NCBI RefSeq assembly: GCF_036588685.1
Contig: NC_086379.1
Location: 21,576,001-21,640,000 of the forward strand
DNA length: 64,000 bases
Direction of reading: 5' to 3'
Source of the DNA: Mytilus trossulus
Lineage: Eukaryota
Part shown: positions 1 to 14,579 of the stretch, one piece after another
How positions within the stretch are numbered: position 1 is the first letter of the stretch
How the letters are laid out: each line of letters opens with the position of its first letter
Notes under the pieces: model-generated
Database searches by the model: none
Told to the model about the DNA's origin: nothing
What the model saw: the letters and a program-made list of their open reading frames with translations, nothing else
Program-made: the position numbers and the translations under genes

Positions 1-509
1 ATCGAGATAATTTTCGTTTATGAATGTTCGCAAGCAAAGTATCATCATCCAGAAGAAGGTATTACAGACTCACATATTACAAAACGTTTGATTTAATACA
101 GATTATTCTGAAGTGTAGACTCTTTTATAAAAGTAGCAGGTTATAATATTAATTCGTTTTTTATTTCTTTTTCTTTTGGCAATTTTTCAAGTGTGCATGT
201 TTTATACATGTTCCAAAGGAAGAAGCTATAGGCCATGTGACTGTCCATGCTTCGCAAACAATGATTTGATCATTCACCAGTCCATATCGTCTTTGCATGT
301 AATTTTTAACATTGGCAAATGAACTTTCTCCCTGCAAATGTGTGTATATGACAGTTAGATAGTTTTTTTATAACAGAAAATAGATTGAAGTGTTTCTCAA
401 TCTTTGTAAGTGAAGCATGGACATATAATCTGTATTTTATCTGATGTGATTAGTTATTTATGTATAACAAATATATGCTGATATTTCTTTTAACTATAAT
501 ATATGCTGT

Positions 510-575
510 TGGTTTTTTTATTTGGTCGGGTTGTTGTCTCTTTGACACATTCCCCATTTCCATTCTCAATTTTAT
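510..575 (-). repeat. Abundant interspersed repeat (AAAATTGAGAATGGAAATGGGGAATGTGTCAAAGAGACAACAACCCGACC family), partial copy
   Basis: The same sequence recurs at ~18600-18840(-), 28483-28680(+), 34180-34330(+), 52282-52370(+), 53192-53455(+) and 59600-59665(+). Confidence 0.8.
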
Positions 576-3500
576 TTTTATAATATATTTGTAAATTTAT
601 AATACATACGATACAGTGATCCCGTATTTTACATTTTGATATTTTTTTCCATATAAACAATTTTTTACATGATGAAATCAAATATGTAATAAAAAATATA
701 CATTCATGTGCTCCTTTTCTAGTAAAATGAGGTCGAAATTTTGTATATTCGAAAGAAATACATTAATTGTTTTGTTTGTTATATTTCTTTTAATTTCTGT
801 ATTTTATAAGTTTCCTAAAAATTTTATTTTTTTTCCCAGAAATAACTTTAATTAATCAACATGATAAAATTATCATGAATTTAAAAAAAAATGGCACACA
901 TAATCTTCGCGTGTAATCAAACAAAATGGCATTTTAAAAAAGAGGTCCATAAACTCGTTTTCAAGTTAAATAAGTTGAATTATAAAAATCAGTCGAACAC
1001 AGAATCTTTTCCCGATAAGTCATCGTTAAAATAACAATTTATTTTAGCAATGTCATTACCTCCCCTGTAACTGTATCGCATGCCCTTAAAATATACAAGG
1101 AACTCATTACAACATTTGATGATCCAAACTTATTTACACCAGGAAGCACATGACATGATAACAATTTTTCTAAAAACATTAACGAATAATTATATGGATT
1201 AGGCAGAAAAGGAAATACAGATGTATTTAATGTCAGAATGTAATCTCCGCAGATATTTTTATATGTCCGTCTAAAGTCAGGAATCTTGTCAGTGGTTATT
1301 GGATGTCTGATAAGGAAAGGATCTGATTCAGTTCATTCCGGAAATAAGCTTAAAATGATCAATGGGAAAAAGTAAATATATATATGCACCGAGTGCATTA
1401 TTTAAAATTTTTAAAAGTATGCAATAAATAAAGATTAGAGCGTAAATCGATATTTCCCACAAAATTACTGATAAGTTTCACTATAAGATACATTGTAAAA
1501 TTATAAACATAGACATACGTTCATCCCAAACTACTTTTATCAAATTAACACTAATGCAAACTGGCTTAGAAAGCACTACATTTTCTTCCTATTTTGACGG
1601 TAATAATTTCATTGTAAAACTATGTAAAGTGAAAGTGACAGGCAGAGTTCAAAATGTCACTTATAGTGAAAACTTTGATTTGCGTAGATACAAATCTTAA
1701 TCCAAAATACTATCTCATGTCCATGTCTATGTGTTTCAATATTTTTTAGCAGCATTCTTTATGTATACAAAACATAGATGAAACTCATGGAAAGCATTTA
1801 AATCTTTTATAAATTAAAACTAAATAGAAAATATCAATCATATTCGTTTTGATCAGTTATTAAACATAGGCTTCAAGCATAAAGGCATTAACGGTCGAAA
1901 TACAAAACTGATGCAGTAAAATTGGTAACATAAATATTATTTTGCAAAACTTTACAGTTTATTTTACAAACATCCACATGAGAAACACACGTTTGCCTCT
2001 AATTCAATCCACCTTCATCTTAGGTCAGGAACATGGCAGTTGATGTCATTAGTTCGTTTCTATATATGTTGCATTGGTGTTTGGTTTTTGTTGGACATCA
2101 GTGATTCTGTTGGTCCGTTGTTTTCCTCTGGTGCCTGATGTGTTTTCTTGTGTTTTAGTTTGTGACCCGGATTTGTTTTCTATCAATCGATTTATCAATT
2201 TTGAACAGCATCATACTATTGTAGCTTTTATTTACAAATAAATATCTGGAGTAATTTCCAAAGAAAATAGGGTTTATTTCTGTTTCAAGGTACGCAATAG
2301 CTTTTTTAGAACAATAAAGTCAGAAGAAAATAACAGAAGGATGACTAAAATTATGTTCGATCAATTTAAATAAATGTTGTTTTATAACAAATTTAGAATA
2401 TAACCACACGGATCTTTTTTTTATCTTTATATTAAAATTAAATCCTGATAAGTAGTCAAACAGTAGTTATCTTTTACTACCGAGAACTGGAGAAGTCGTT
2501 TCGGCGTGATAAATGAATTAATATTCTATTTTATGGACATTGTCCTATTATATAGTCTTTGTATGTATATTGATTGGAGCTTTGCCAGTTGTTTTTTTCT
2601 TTCAACACTTGATTCCAATTTACACAATTAATTATAAGTAACAGTTATTTATGCCAAAATGTAAAAAGGTTATGAAGAAACATTGCCTTCAACGACCTTG
2701 TATAATAAACCTAATTGACAAGTCGCTTTTCCCAAATGACGGAAATAAATGTTTTGTCCGCATCTATTTGTCATGTCCTCTATCGACCAATGTCTAAACG
2801 TCGCAATGGTGTTGGGACAGAGGATGTAAAACATTATTGGAAGAAAAGATGTATTGAGAGCATAATAAAAATGTCCTAACCTATATGTGCAAAAAACTAT
2901 TTGCATTCTTTTTTTTCTGAAATAAATTTTTTTAAATTCTTCAATATTAATTTGGTACTAGTAATTTTATTGCACAACATCTTCTTGATTGCATTGTTTA
3001 GTTCATTCTATTTTTATCTTTCCAATTGCTCAAATTCTCATTTTGAATTCAGTAAAAAAGCTACACGTTGATATTTTTGTTGACCCAATTTTAAAGCTTG
3101 ATTTGCAGGTTGGTTTTTTTCTATTTACAGTCTCTTTTTGTCTGTTTTGTTCCAAGTCAACAAAAGGGTAAACAATCGTCCTATAAAAGGTCATCTGACA
3201 TTTAACTAGGGTGCTAAAATATTACAAAAAAATATTAAAAATTAGTACATGTATCCTTAATGAAGGGCAATAATTATTGCAAGGATTCAATGACCATTTC
3301 AATCTAACTGTCAAATTATTTTTATAAAGTGTGTTGTCGTTGGTTTTTATTTTATATATTATGTATTTCCTCTAGCTATCTTCTAAAATGGTAAAAAATA
3401 TCACTTAATGTCATGCATTCCAAAAAATAAGTGTACTAATAATATCGGCCATTTTCCTATTGAGTATGGTTCATTTCAATGTGTCTCTTCACATTTTGAA

Positions 3501-4088
3501 TTTTTATATTGTCTCGAAATATAGCGATATTTAAACTGATAGACAATATTTGCGTTGTACAGCCATGTTCTATGTTCACTATGCAAGTCGGTCGTTGTAC
3601 AGGAAGGATAAAACAATAGGTAAATATGTTATACGACTTTTTGTAATGATCCTCTAGTACATGGTTTTCAAGCAAACAATATATTGTTTTTGAATAGCAA
3701 TTAGTGTGGTGGTCAAGAGGGAGATTTATGTTCCTGACAATTACGGACAAAAAAAGAGGGATAGATGATTACTGTAAGGTTAATGAAATTACTACAGTGG
3801 CTGTCACAATCAGTCGGAACTTCGGGAGAAAAAGTAAAGTGATAAACAATTTGTAACTGGAATATGATGGAATAACTTTAAACTTGAAGGCAACAGCTGT
3901 GTGACCAAGTTTTTTGTTCTAATAACATCATTCTAAAGTTCCGTAATTATGATGTTATTTTCAAACACTTCTTACACATATTATAAGTATTTCTGTTTAC
4001 TACTTGAAGGCCTAGTATAACATATGTGATTTTGTATATTTTTTTTGGTTTCCTAGTTAAAATCAATTCTAATCTTATATATACAAAA

Positions 4089-4670
4089 AGGAGTATGTTC
4101 GGTAAGGGCCATATTTGGCCCCAATTATAAAGTTGATAGTTTCAAGACAATACATGTTTTAAGTTGCCTTAAAGACATGAGAACAAGTTGAACAGAACTT
4201 TTTTTTGACAAATTTTAATTCTAACACTTTGATTTTTTCATCCCAAAAAGGTAAAGATAAGAGATTTTGGTGAAATTTGACAAAATTAGCAAGATTTCAA
4301 CCAAATAAAGGACCAAGAAACATAGAGCGCAGGCGTGGACAAGCTAAATATTCAAATGAGAGATATGAAATGGCTCCACAAACATTCTTTTAAAAGATCT
4401 TTGTTGTCGACGTTTGCGCTCTATGTTTCCTGTCCAATAATGTATGGAAATTTACCCATTTTCATTGACTTTTTCGTGAAAAATCAATTTGAGTACAACT
4501 TGTGACGTCAAAATGAAACGCAGAAACGTAATTTTTTTTAACAAAATGGCTTATATCCTATCTAGTCAATATATTAGCTATAAGATATCGTGACTTTGGT
4601 CAATAAATCCGAATTTGAAATTTACGCTAAAAAAAGGGGGCCGTTTTAGGACCTTATCGAACATACTCCT
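4089..4670. mobile_element. MITE with ~22-bp TIRs
   Basis: AGGAGTATGTTCGGTAAGGGCC at 4089 is inverted to GGACCTTATCGAACATACTCCT ending at 4670. There is also an internal inverted pair GAAACATAGAGCGCA / TGCGCTCTATGTTTC. Confidence 0.8.
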
Positions 4671-6099
4671 ATATATAAGAGTTAAATAGTAATGCTACAC
4701 TTAGAGGTTATGATGTCATGCTATCTTTAATCAGATCTCTGTATATTGGCATGCTGATAATTTAATTGCGAAAATGTATCCTAACACTGTTTGTATATAA
4801 CCAAATCATGTTCACAAAATATAAGATAAAAACAGTATCTAGTACTGTGTACTTCGCAGTTATTCTTTACTCATTTTCTTATGATTCTGATCAGATTTTT
4901 AACAGTCTTTTTAACTGTTTATATGTGAAAATATTTAAATAACATGATTTTAAACTCCCCTCATACAAAAAATGAACTTAAACATGTTTAACTGGAATTT
5001 ACGATACTTTTTATGGTAATATAGTCTGGATGTGGTCCTATATGTTGTCCTATTAGGTTTTATCAGATCTGTGTTGTATCAATTTCGTCGAACAGGGCGC
5101 GATGGTGCATCAAATGCAGAAATTTTGGTACCTTCATGTTATAACTCCAAACTTTTTTTATATATTTGTACAACATTTCCAAAAACAACTTCCGGAGGTG
5201 TTCCTAGTGCAGGTAAATTAAATACCGAATCAAGGAAAACAATGTCATTTTTTTAATGTTATACATGTTAAACCTCGGTTTGCTGCTACTTGATTTTAGC
5301 TATTACCATATAAATATTGGTAGAAGTGTACCAAACAAACCCAGATCAAAATGTTATGTTGCCCTTTGCTAGAATTTTGAAATCACAGTAATGTTCATAA
5401 TATGTAACAAGTGATTTAGGATTCCTTTAGTTATCAATTCAATATTAAAGTGACGAAAAAGAAAAGATTGCATCGGTTTGCTGTAATTCATCATTTTGTA
5501 TATTCACGCTCTTTTAACCTACTTAATGCATTGAATCATGATGATTGTAAAACAACGGTGAAATATAGGTTAATCTATATACATACTAAACTTACCAACA
5601 GTTTCTAACTGTTATGTCTGTATAGTTACTCTACTTTATATTTCAAACAATATCTGCTTACCCTTCATAACCATCTGCGACTACCCACTGTTGTTGGTGG
5701 GCTTCGTGTTAAATATTCTTTAGTTTTCTATTTTGTATTTTTTGTTCTTTTGTGAGTCTGTTTGTCGTCTTTTTTCACCATGGAGTTGTCAGTTTATTTC
5801 TGACTAAGAGTTTGCATGTACCTCTTTAGTGGACGTTTTGTAGTTTTGTTTGTAGTGCGACATCTGTTTTAACTTTCTGAACTCGTTTACACAAACCTTC
5901 TTAACATAATGACCTGTCAATTTATGTTTGCATAAATTCAGGAGTGCATATAGTAAACTTAAGAATCTACTGTGTGAGTTTTCAGATATGTTTGATTTTA
6001 TTTCCAATTTTTTTAATTTCCAACAAATTATACTTTCAGAAATATATGTTCAATATTGCTTTATTTTCCTAAAGTTCATTGTATATTATACGATAATTA

Positions 6100-6300
6100 A
6101 ATGTTAAAAGTAGATTAAGATGTTCAAAGTACAATAAAATGTGAAAAGCACAGTAAAATGTTAAAAGTACAATAAAATGTTAAAATCAAAATAAAATGCA
6201 AAAAGCACAGTCAAATTTTAAAAGTACAAAATATGTTCAAAGAACAATAAAATGTTAGAAGCACAATCAAATGTTAAAAGTACAATTCAATCTTAAAAAT
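6100..6300. repeat. Degenerate ~20-bp minisatellite (AAATGTTAAAAGTACAATA-like)
   Basis: About 9 diverged tandem copies visible. Confidence 0.7.
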
Positions 6301-7873
6301 TGATGATGATTTTAACATGTCATCAATATCATATGAGCATCCTCTAAATCTTCCTTTTCTGACTAATGACAGAGACTTTATACCTATCAAGCATGCATAT
6401 AATGCATTTGAAATAAATCCTTAACAAATTAGCTTTCGAGTTGATCTATAACCTGTATTTAGGTTCAAACAATGTCAAACACAACCATTGAATCATTTAA
6501 TCCAAATTCCTGAATAGCGTGTAAAAACGATTGTAAATGATTAGTTTAAGATTTAACGATTATAAGGGAAAACCAAACATAAAAAACTTTTTACGGGATA
6601 TTGAAGAAAAATCTATTAATTTTTCTGGGTTAAATGCCAACATGGAAATTACTGGCATTACTGTTAAATAATACTTTAAGGCAAACAAGAAAAGCGACTA
6701 AATGACAAACAAGAATACAAAATTCAGCAACATAGAAAAACTAAAGGATAAACAAAAACTAACCACACAAAAACTTTCGGGTGATCTCAGGTGCTGCAGA
6801 AGATTAACAATATCTGCTTTACATGTGACAACCGTCGTCGTGCTTATGTAATCACAAATCAGTTTTGTTTTGCATGTCACATTTGTGGGGAAAAAAGAAG
6901 GTGATTCTGAGTATAACAATTGAACCTTATCTGTTGTCGTCATCATTGGTTTTTTTTTTCTAAAATGTTAGAAATCCCTTTTTAACACAATATATAGTAA
7001 AAATAAGAATATTTCAAAACTTGATAACATATCTCTTTTTGTTTTGCTAATAGGAAATGAAGATTAAAACAGTTTGATAATAATTTGTCAATTATTAGAG
7101 GCTTTGGATATAAACGGGAATACAATATTAAATAAGATATCTCTATATACAGTTATAGAATGATATGTATGATCATTTATGCATTTATCTTCTTTATTTT
7201 TATTTTACATTTAATAATTGATAAGTATACGTAGTTTATGCGTTGTGCTGTCCAAATAATAGACGATCGGTTATATTATATAAAAAAAAATATTACAAAT
7301 TTCTTACTTTATTTACTTATATTTGAGATTAATCAATTAAAACAAAATCAACCATAGTATGTACTTTGTTTAACCTGTTATTATAATGTTATATTGATAT
7401 TGACGAAATTGTACAAATGGAAAAACTTTTGTTACACTGTACTTATATCCCTTCAATACACTTTACAATTTTCGTTTGATCATTTGTCAAAACAGAAGCT
7501 TAAATAATGTAAATCCAAGGCAAACAAGGTAAATAACGATTAAAAATAATATGTTAAATGCAACGAGTTAAAGTTGGGAATTTGAAAAGACAGTTATACA
7601 TGGGGAGCGAGGGAAAGCAAACCATGATGTTTATTTCCCATCATACATGTCATATACAAATATCTTTTGAAAAGAAAATATACAAAATTTGTTATTGGAA
7701 CTGATTTGTGTATTTTAGTGACATTTATAATATTTCGAATAAAAAGAGTTTATGAATTGTTCTGATTGGAAACACATATATGTAAGTTCCTGGTAAAATA
7801 TTAAGACTAAAGGTAGTTTCTATAAAAAAAAATGTACAAATGAACTTGGAGTGTATTTCTTAATTTACACATT

Positions 7874-8183
7874 CAGTTAACGCGAAAAGTAAACGTGAGT
7901 TTACTTTCAAGTGCACGTACAAATACACTTGTAAAATCTGTAGAAAACGCCCGTTTACTTTTGAGTACACATAAAAAAAAATGAAAAATTCTGAGGTAAA
8001 GTAAATGCCCGTTTACTAATGACTAAACGGACACATAATAAACGCCCGGTTACTCGATCGGGTAGACAAAACATCCATGTTGACCTCTTTACGTAATTAT
8101 AGTAAACGCGCGTTTACTAGTAAACGGGAAATTTGAACTTAACTAATGAAATATGTGCACGCGACGTTAACTTTCGTTTACTG
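7874..8183. mobile_element. Probable MITE with internal palindromic AGTAAACG...CGTTTACT motifs
   Basis: CAGT...ACTG ends and repeated AGTAAAC / GTTTACT inverted motifs. Confidence 0.45.
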
Positions 8184-11029
8184 TATGTTATGCTTGGTCT
8201 GCACCCGACTGTATGTTTGAAAATTATATTGTAATTGTTCTGCCCATGTTTGGCGCCATGAAGGGAAAATAAAATACTTGTTTACTTGTTTTTGTTTGTT
8301 ATTTCATAACAGTATAAAACAAACTCATGATGACGCCTTTAAATTTCTTAACAGATCAATTTATCTTCTCTACTAAGATACCCTGGTTCGATATCTTTTC
8401 TGTTAGCAGTAATCTACTAACACAATATAAAATCGTAATGGGAAATGAAATCTCTGGAGAATGGTATCAACTAACAGATTCATTTTCCCTGTGCAGGTGT
8501 TGCTGGAATGATAATTCATAGAAATGAAATAAAGGCTGAAATCATTGTGTTTGTTGGCTCTAGATGTCTGACTTATCATAAGACTGTAAAACAGTTTGTT
8601 TTGATTTTATAACTAATAAATATACTGTAGTGTTTAATAATAGTATCATCGTTATAAAGCTAAGATAGACATGTATACGGTCTTAAATGAGATGTTTAAA
8701 ATCTTTTTTTTTTTTTTATTAATTCACTTTATGGTTTGTTTGATGTGTTTGGTCCTGTGCGTTGACTTAAAGGTTGCTTCAAAAATTGTTAGTTATATCT
8801 TCTTTTTTTATAGAAAAGTTGATGTCAATATCAGTCATGTATACAGTAGGTAGAACAATCAAAACACAAATTCAAATATAATATAAGTGTTAAGACAAAC
8901 CACGATAAACTACAAGTATTGTTTTAAATATTAAAGATTTTCTACTCATGAATAGATGACCTTAGCTGTATATGAAATAGAAATAATCTTTGCAGGGTCA
9001 TCATTGCTCTTCGTCTTCCTACTGTGTTAGGTTTTTCATGCAAATTCATCAAACTCTCGAAGCTTTACTCACATCAGGATTTTGTTTCAAGAATTAACCA
9101 GTACAATGAACAACTAATTATTACTCGAATAGTGTTTCAAGAACAAATAAAATAACAGCGGGTTGATGATGGTCACAAAGTACATATCAACCTCATTTTT
9201 CTGATCTTAGATTCTAGTTTTCTCAAAAATAATCTTAATTAAAGAGTATTATATTACATACCAAATAGCCCAACAACTGATGTATTGAAGCTATCAAAAA
9301 TCATTGCAGAACATATTTGATTGATTGTTCCCTAGAGACAAATATAAATTAATCAGTAATCAAGTTTCTGTCGTAGCAATTCTTCGTGGTTGGAAATAAA
9401 ATAATTTAACAAGTAATACTAAAAATGTGTGCATATATTTTGATTGACACTTTTTGCTGCGAGTTAATTTGAAAAGCGGATATGAGACGCTTGCCTTGTT
9501 GAGTCACCCTGACTATCTTCATTTGGATTTCATACTATTCCCCATATTCTATGTTTCATTGTGTTATTGTGCTATAGTGATTTTTTGTATCATTGTCTTT
9601 TTTGCTTGTGTAAATTGTATATTTGCCTTTTTGTGCTTCTTTGTTTCATTTTTTCAAAGTGACTAAAAATTGTAATACAATGATGAGCTCTGTACCCTAG
9701 TTTTGACATTTTTATCTTTTATTTCTGTTTGTTTTGTTTATACATCGTTGTAAATATAATGGAATTTTATACGACTGCAATACAAGTGAGAGGTTAAGCT
9801 ACCTATAAAACCAGGATTTATCCACCAATTTATACATCAGATGCCTGTACCAAATCAAGATTCTCTTCGTATGATGTGTTTGGGTTTTCGATTTTTGCCA
9901 ATTGGTTTAAGACTTTTCCGTTTTAAAGTTTCCTCATAGTATATTATTTTTTGTGATTTCAATTTTTACCTTGATTTGTCTCTTTCTTACCGATTTACAA
10001 TTATAAGTAAATTTTTAATTTAATCCTATTTGATATATATCAACATTCAATTACGACACTATTTTAGCATGTTATTTTGACTCTTCTATATCTAAATAAA
10101 ATGAAACATTCATGTAATGTTGAACAAAATAATAATGATGCGTTATGCAATTTGTGTCATAATAAAGTGTGTACACTTAAGAAACAAAGCGTTATTCTTG
10201 TTTTTCGAATCTATCTTGATATTCAAGTATAAAAGAACTTAAAAAATAACCCTATTATAACTGCAATCTTTCTATTAGTATTAAGGATCAAACAGACTGA
10301 TATTTCCTTAAGAAGCAAATTGTTAATTAGATATCTAATTTCTTTTTCACAGCATCCATTAGTTATATTTCTGTGATGAAATTACTTTTTCAAAATAGTT
10401 TGTACAGGAAACGGGTTCATTAAAAATAAAATGGCGACAAATACTTTATGCTATTTTTTAATTCTATAAGTGTTATCTCGACAATATTCGTATTATTTGT
10501 GAAACTCATTTGATCTATCAAAAAAAAACCTAGACTAACTATAATAATTAGATGTGGTATGATTGTCAATAAGGCAACTCTCCATCGGTGACCAAATGAC
10601 TTAGAGGTTAACAAAATTATGTCATTTAACATCCTTCAACAATGACAACCGTAAAATAATTAAACAACACAATAAAACACAATAAAAACGAGACTATCCA
10701 TGTTGCATTCTTTATGTGCCTGTCCCAGGTCAAGAGCCTTTAGCTTAATGGTTCTCAATGTTGACGTTGGTGCATGCCTGTAAAACTTGTTTTTCGTTAT
10801 TCGTTGTAGGCCGTACATTCATATCGGTTAAAGCATTGTAGTTTAAACGTTTTGAAGAATTATATAATGATTGACGACTGAAAAGGAGCAATACAAACCT
10901 AATCAAAGTATTGGATCAGTGTATGTTTAGTACAACAACGATTTGAAAAAAATTAATCAAGAACACTTCACATAAGGGAGAATTGTTAAAGGTTGGTTAA
11001 ATTTAGTCAAGTAGTTTCAGAGGAGGAAA

Positions 11030-11367
11030 GGGGTAGGTCCAGTAAGACCCCTTTTTGGACCCAAGATATAGCAGGTTTACAAAATTGTTAAATGTAAACT
11101 TTTAATTATTTATATAGATTGCGGATGACCACGAATGCGGCCACTTTCATTTTTGACAAAAGCCATCTGACATTTTTTGGCATATTTGGTACATTTTTCA
11201 TATTTTAGCTTGAATCAGTTCGTTTTTAATGACTTGATCAGTTGAAATCTTTCACATAAACTAATTTATTCAAATGAAATAGACACTTAGATGATTAAAA
11301 ATTGGTGAAAATCTTTTGTCAGATGAACCTGAAATCTGAGGCCAAAATCGGTTCTTAATGGACCTAC
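11030..11367. mobile_element. MITE related in end structure to 4089-4670
   Basis: GTAGGTCCAGTAAGACC is inverted to GGTTCTTAATGGACCTAC. Confidence 0.6.
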
Positions 11368-14300
11368 ATTTTTACTCCATTGTGTAAAAGCGAAAGGATT
11401 CTTCTCCTCAATAATATGGGTGTTTATAAAACTGCATTACGAGTAACAAGTTAAACAAAGTATAAGTACAACAAATTACTTTTTCGTTAACAAAACGACA
11501 ATGATATATTAACAATAAATTATTCGCAACTATATTACAAATTTTGAAAAATAGAAACTGCATTGGGCATCTAAGTTTTAAAAACGAGGAAAAAAACGTA
11601 TGCACAAAATATGACAAGACTACAAACATTGGCATGTTTTTATAATTACGTGTTCTTGAAGAAATGGGAACAACCTTTAGTAAACAATTATCATTTATAT
11701 CCGTATGACGTCCAAAGTATCGTTCCACACATAGGGTACATTTTTTGCGGTATTTTAGTGTTTCAATTCAAACAGGGTAACTGATTGTTCAAGGAGATAT
11801 TAAAGAGATAATAAAACCCATAAGTTGAAATTGATATGGACAATATACCCTTTTATATCTGCTATCGTATAGTTCTACATATTTTAGTTTTGATAAACAG
11901 AACCAGTGATATTGGCGTAGAACTTTAAATTCTTACGCTGTCTGTAAGACACAAGTGTTGAAACCTCCTGACCATAGAAAATATAATAACACTTTGAATG
12001 ATTATGTAACTTTAGGCGGAGGTAGCATGACAAACAACGATTACCAACTAATACCAAGAAAATTACTAAGTCAAACTTCCTGTCATCTTTTGAATATTGG
12101 AAAAAAAGACAAAATCATGTGGCCATGCACATCTCAAAGACAATGCATTATAAGGTTTTTCCCTAAAACTGTAGGTTAAAATAGGCGGACAATCATTGTA
12201 TCCTAATTCGAACGAACGGATGGACAACGGACACACAAACAAATGGATGGTGGAACGAAAAGGGGTAACTTAATATGCTCCTCTACAATTTGTCACAAGG
12301 GCATAAAATGCCATGGCACGACTGATGACTTATTTATAAGTCGGTCAAACAGACCACTTTGAATCGTACACGAACCTACCAGCGCTTGGTGTCTTTCGCC
12401 TCTTTTTTTTTAAAGAATTCAAATGAGAAAAACTAACGGCCTGACCTCAGTAAAACTAGTACTAATACTTAATGAATCGATGTAATAGTCTTATATTTTA
12501 TTATGTGTTTTAATAGCGATTAATGTTCAAGTGTAATCAATTTTGATAGAGCCATATCCAGTATCAGAACTATGATGGTTTTGAAACAGGAGCAAAACGT
12601 GAAAGCATCTTAATTAAATTGCTATGGTTTGGACTGTTCATAGTACGCTAGCACTTATTATTTATCAGAATATAAATCAAAATGACGTCTGTCTTTCATT
12701 ATACTTATTCTAAGATAACATACATTATTTCCGTATATAATGATATTTATGTGACCAAAAACACTGATTAAACGGTTATAAATCAGATAGTAAAATAGGA
12801 AAATGAAGCTATTTGGAAAGATTACAGAGACAAAAAGATGTAACACCTTACCACCCACCTCTTCAATAAGAATTAAATTTTGAACATACACAAAATTCAT
12901 TTGTACTTCAAACGTACTGGAATATATTCCTTTTTTTGGTGAGGCGTACTGGTGAGAATTATAAACTACAAGAGATACTCAATTTGATTTAAAGAGCTAA
13001 ATGAAAGTCGTTAGAATTGATTTTTTAAATGAATGCACACAACGTACACAATGAAAACAATTTAAATCGTTTTAAACATTAAGGATATTTATCCGTGGAA
13101 ATATTTATTACATAAACTAACTGTCTTTAAAATACTATTCATCTATCACAAAAAAAAAGTTAAATGTATTTTAATGTCAATTTAGCACTGATCGCAATGA
13201 ATACTAAACACTTTAAGTTTCGCAATAGATATCCACTAACACAGTCAGAAAAGTTTTACTGTGATCATGACCTTGCTGTTATTAAAACAGCAGAACAACC
13301 ATCAAAGAGGATTTTTTTGTCGTCTACATTAATCATCATACCCAAAGTCAACAGGATCTTTGTCAATCATTTTAATTTCCGGATGATAAAACAAATACCT
13401 AATATCAGATTGCAATCATTGAATATATGATTATTTCTTAATAATGAGAAGTTGAAATCCTTTTTAATGCCATGGTCAATGTCTTAGGCCAAGGTTAAAG
13501 TTGATATAAATAGACTTAACATTTGTGCAAGAAAATTTGTTTTAAGATGCGATTTAAGTGATGTGTTCAATCTAAGTCATAGATAATATACTTGAAATTG
13601 ACTGAAATAAGTCAATATTTAATATGGGATTGAAATTAGAGACTTTGTATGATTAAACATATAGTCATATACAACAATGTACAACGAGATATACACCACT
13701 TTGTTTTTAATTTTGAGATCACACTTATGTGGTATTTTTGTCATTTAGACAACTATCCACTTACATGACCAAGATTCAAATGAAGTGGATGTCAACAATA
13801 AAAGGACACCGTAAGGTATTCAGCAATAAAAACCTTTACCGTATTGTCGGATTTGAAAAGCCCCAACAATACGAAAAACCAATATGACGAGCATGAACTA
13901 ACGACAACTACTGAGCTAGAGGCTCCCGACTTGAAACATTCAATACGAGGTCATCAAAGAGCCATCTTTGATTGTTCATCAGAATTTCTCTTTAGGGTGT
14001 ATATAAAAAAACAGTCGAAAAAGAAATGTTATATAGTACAAATGTTGCAAAAACAAGATGGTCAGCAATTATACTGAATTTGAACAAGTCTTATTTCAAG
14101 AAAGATGAATAGCATCTAAATTGTTAGAATTATATTGAGTTTCCTTTGAGATCGGTGTGGTTTTTGAAATGACAACTCGGTATGATTCCATAGTCTAATA
14201 GTTGGTGATATAAACAATTCTTCAGTAATATGGCTATTTCACTGAGCACAAGTAAATTGTCAATGATATCCTAATTGTGTATGTCCGAAGGAGTCTCTTT

Positions 14301-14579
14301 ACCGCGATAATCGTCAATTACGTCTAAATTGAAACAGGTCGGAAGTTTCTTTAAATAGAAAACTGAGCAAATTGCTGTCAAGGCAATGCATACCCTGGCT
14401 AGAAAATAATTTGTATTTGAATAAACGGGAATACATAAACATCTTTAAAACAATAAATTAACAGAAAACAATATATCAACAACATTTCATTCAACCTTTT
14501 TCAGTTGGCAACTAAACAATGGTCGGGTTGCTGTCGCTTTGACACATTCCCCACTTTCAATCTCAATATGATTGATGCA

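Noticed and set aside
1-14500. Short ORFs in the first 14.5 kb (e.g. 5032-5256, 12658-12900) as further host exons
   Set aside because: No recognisable domain or consistent exon chain could be supported by eye.
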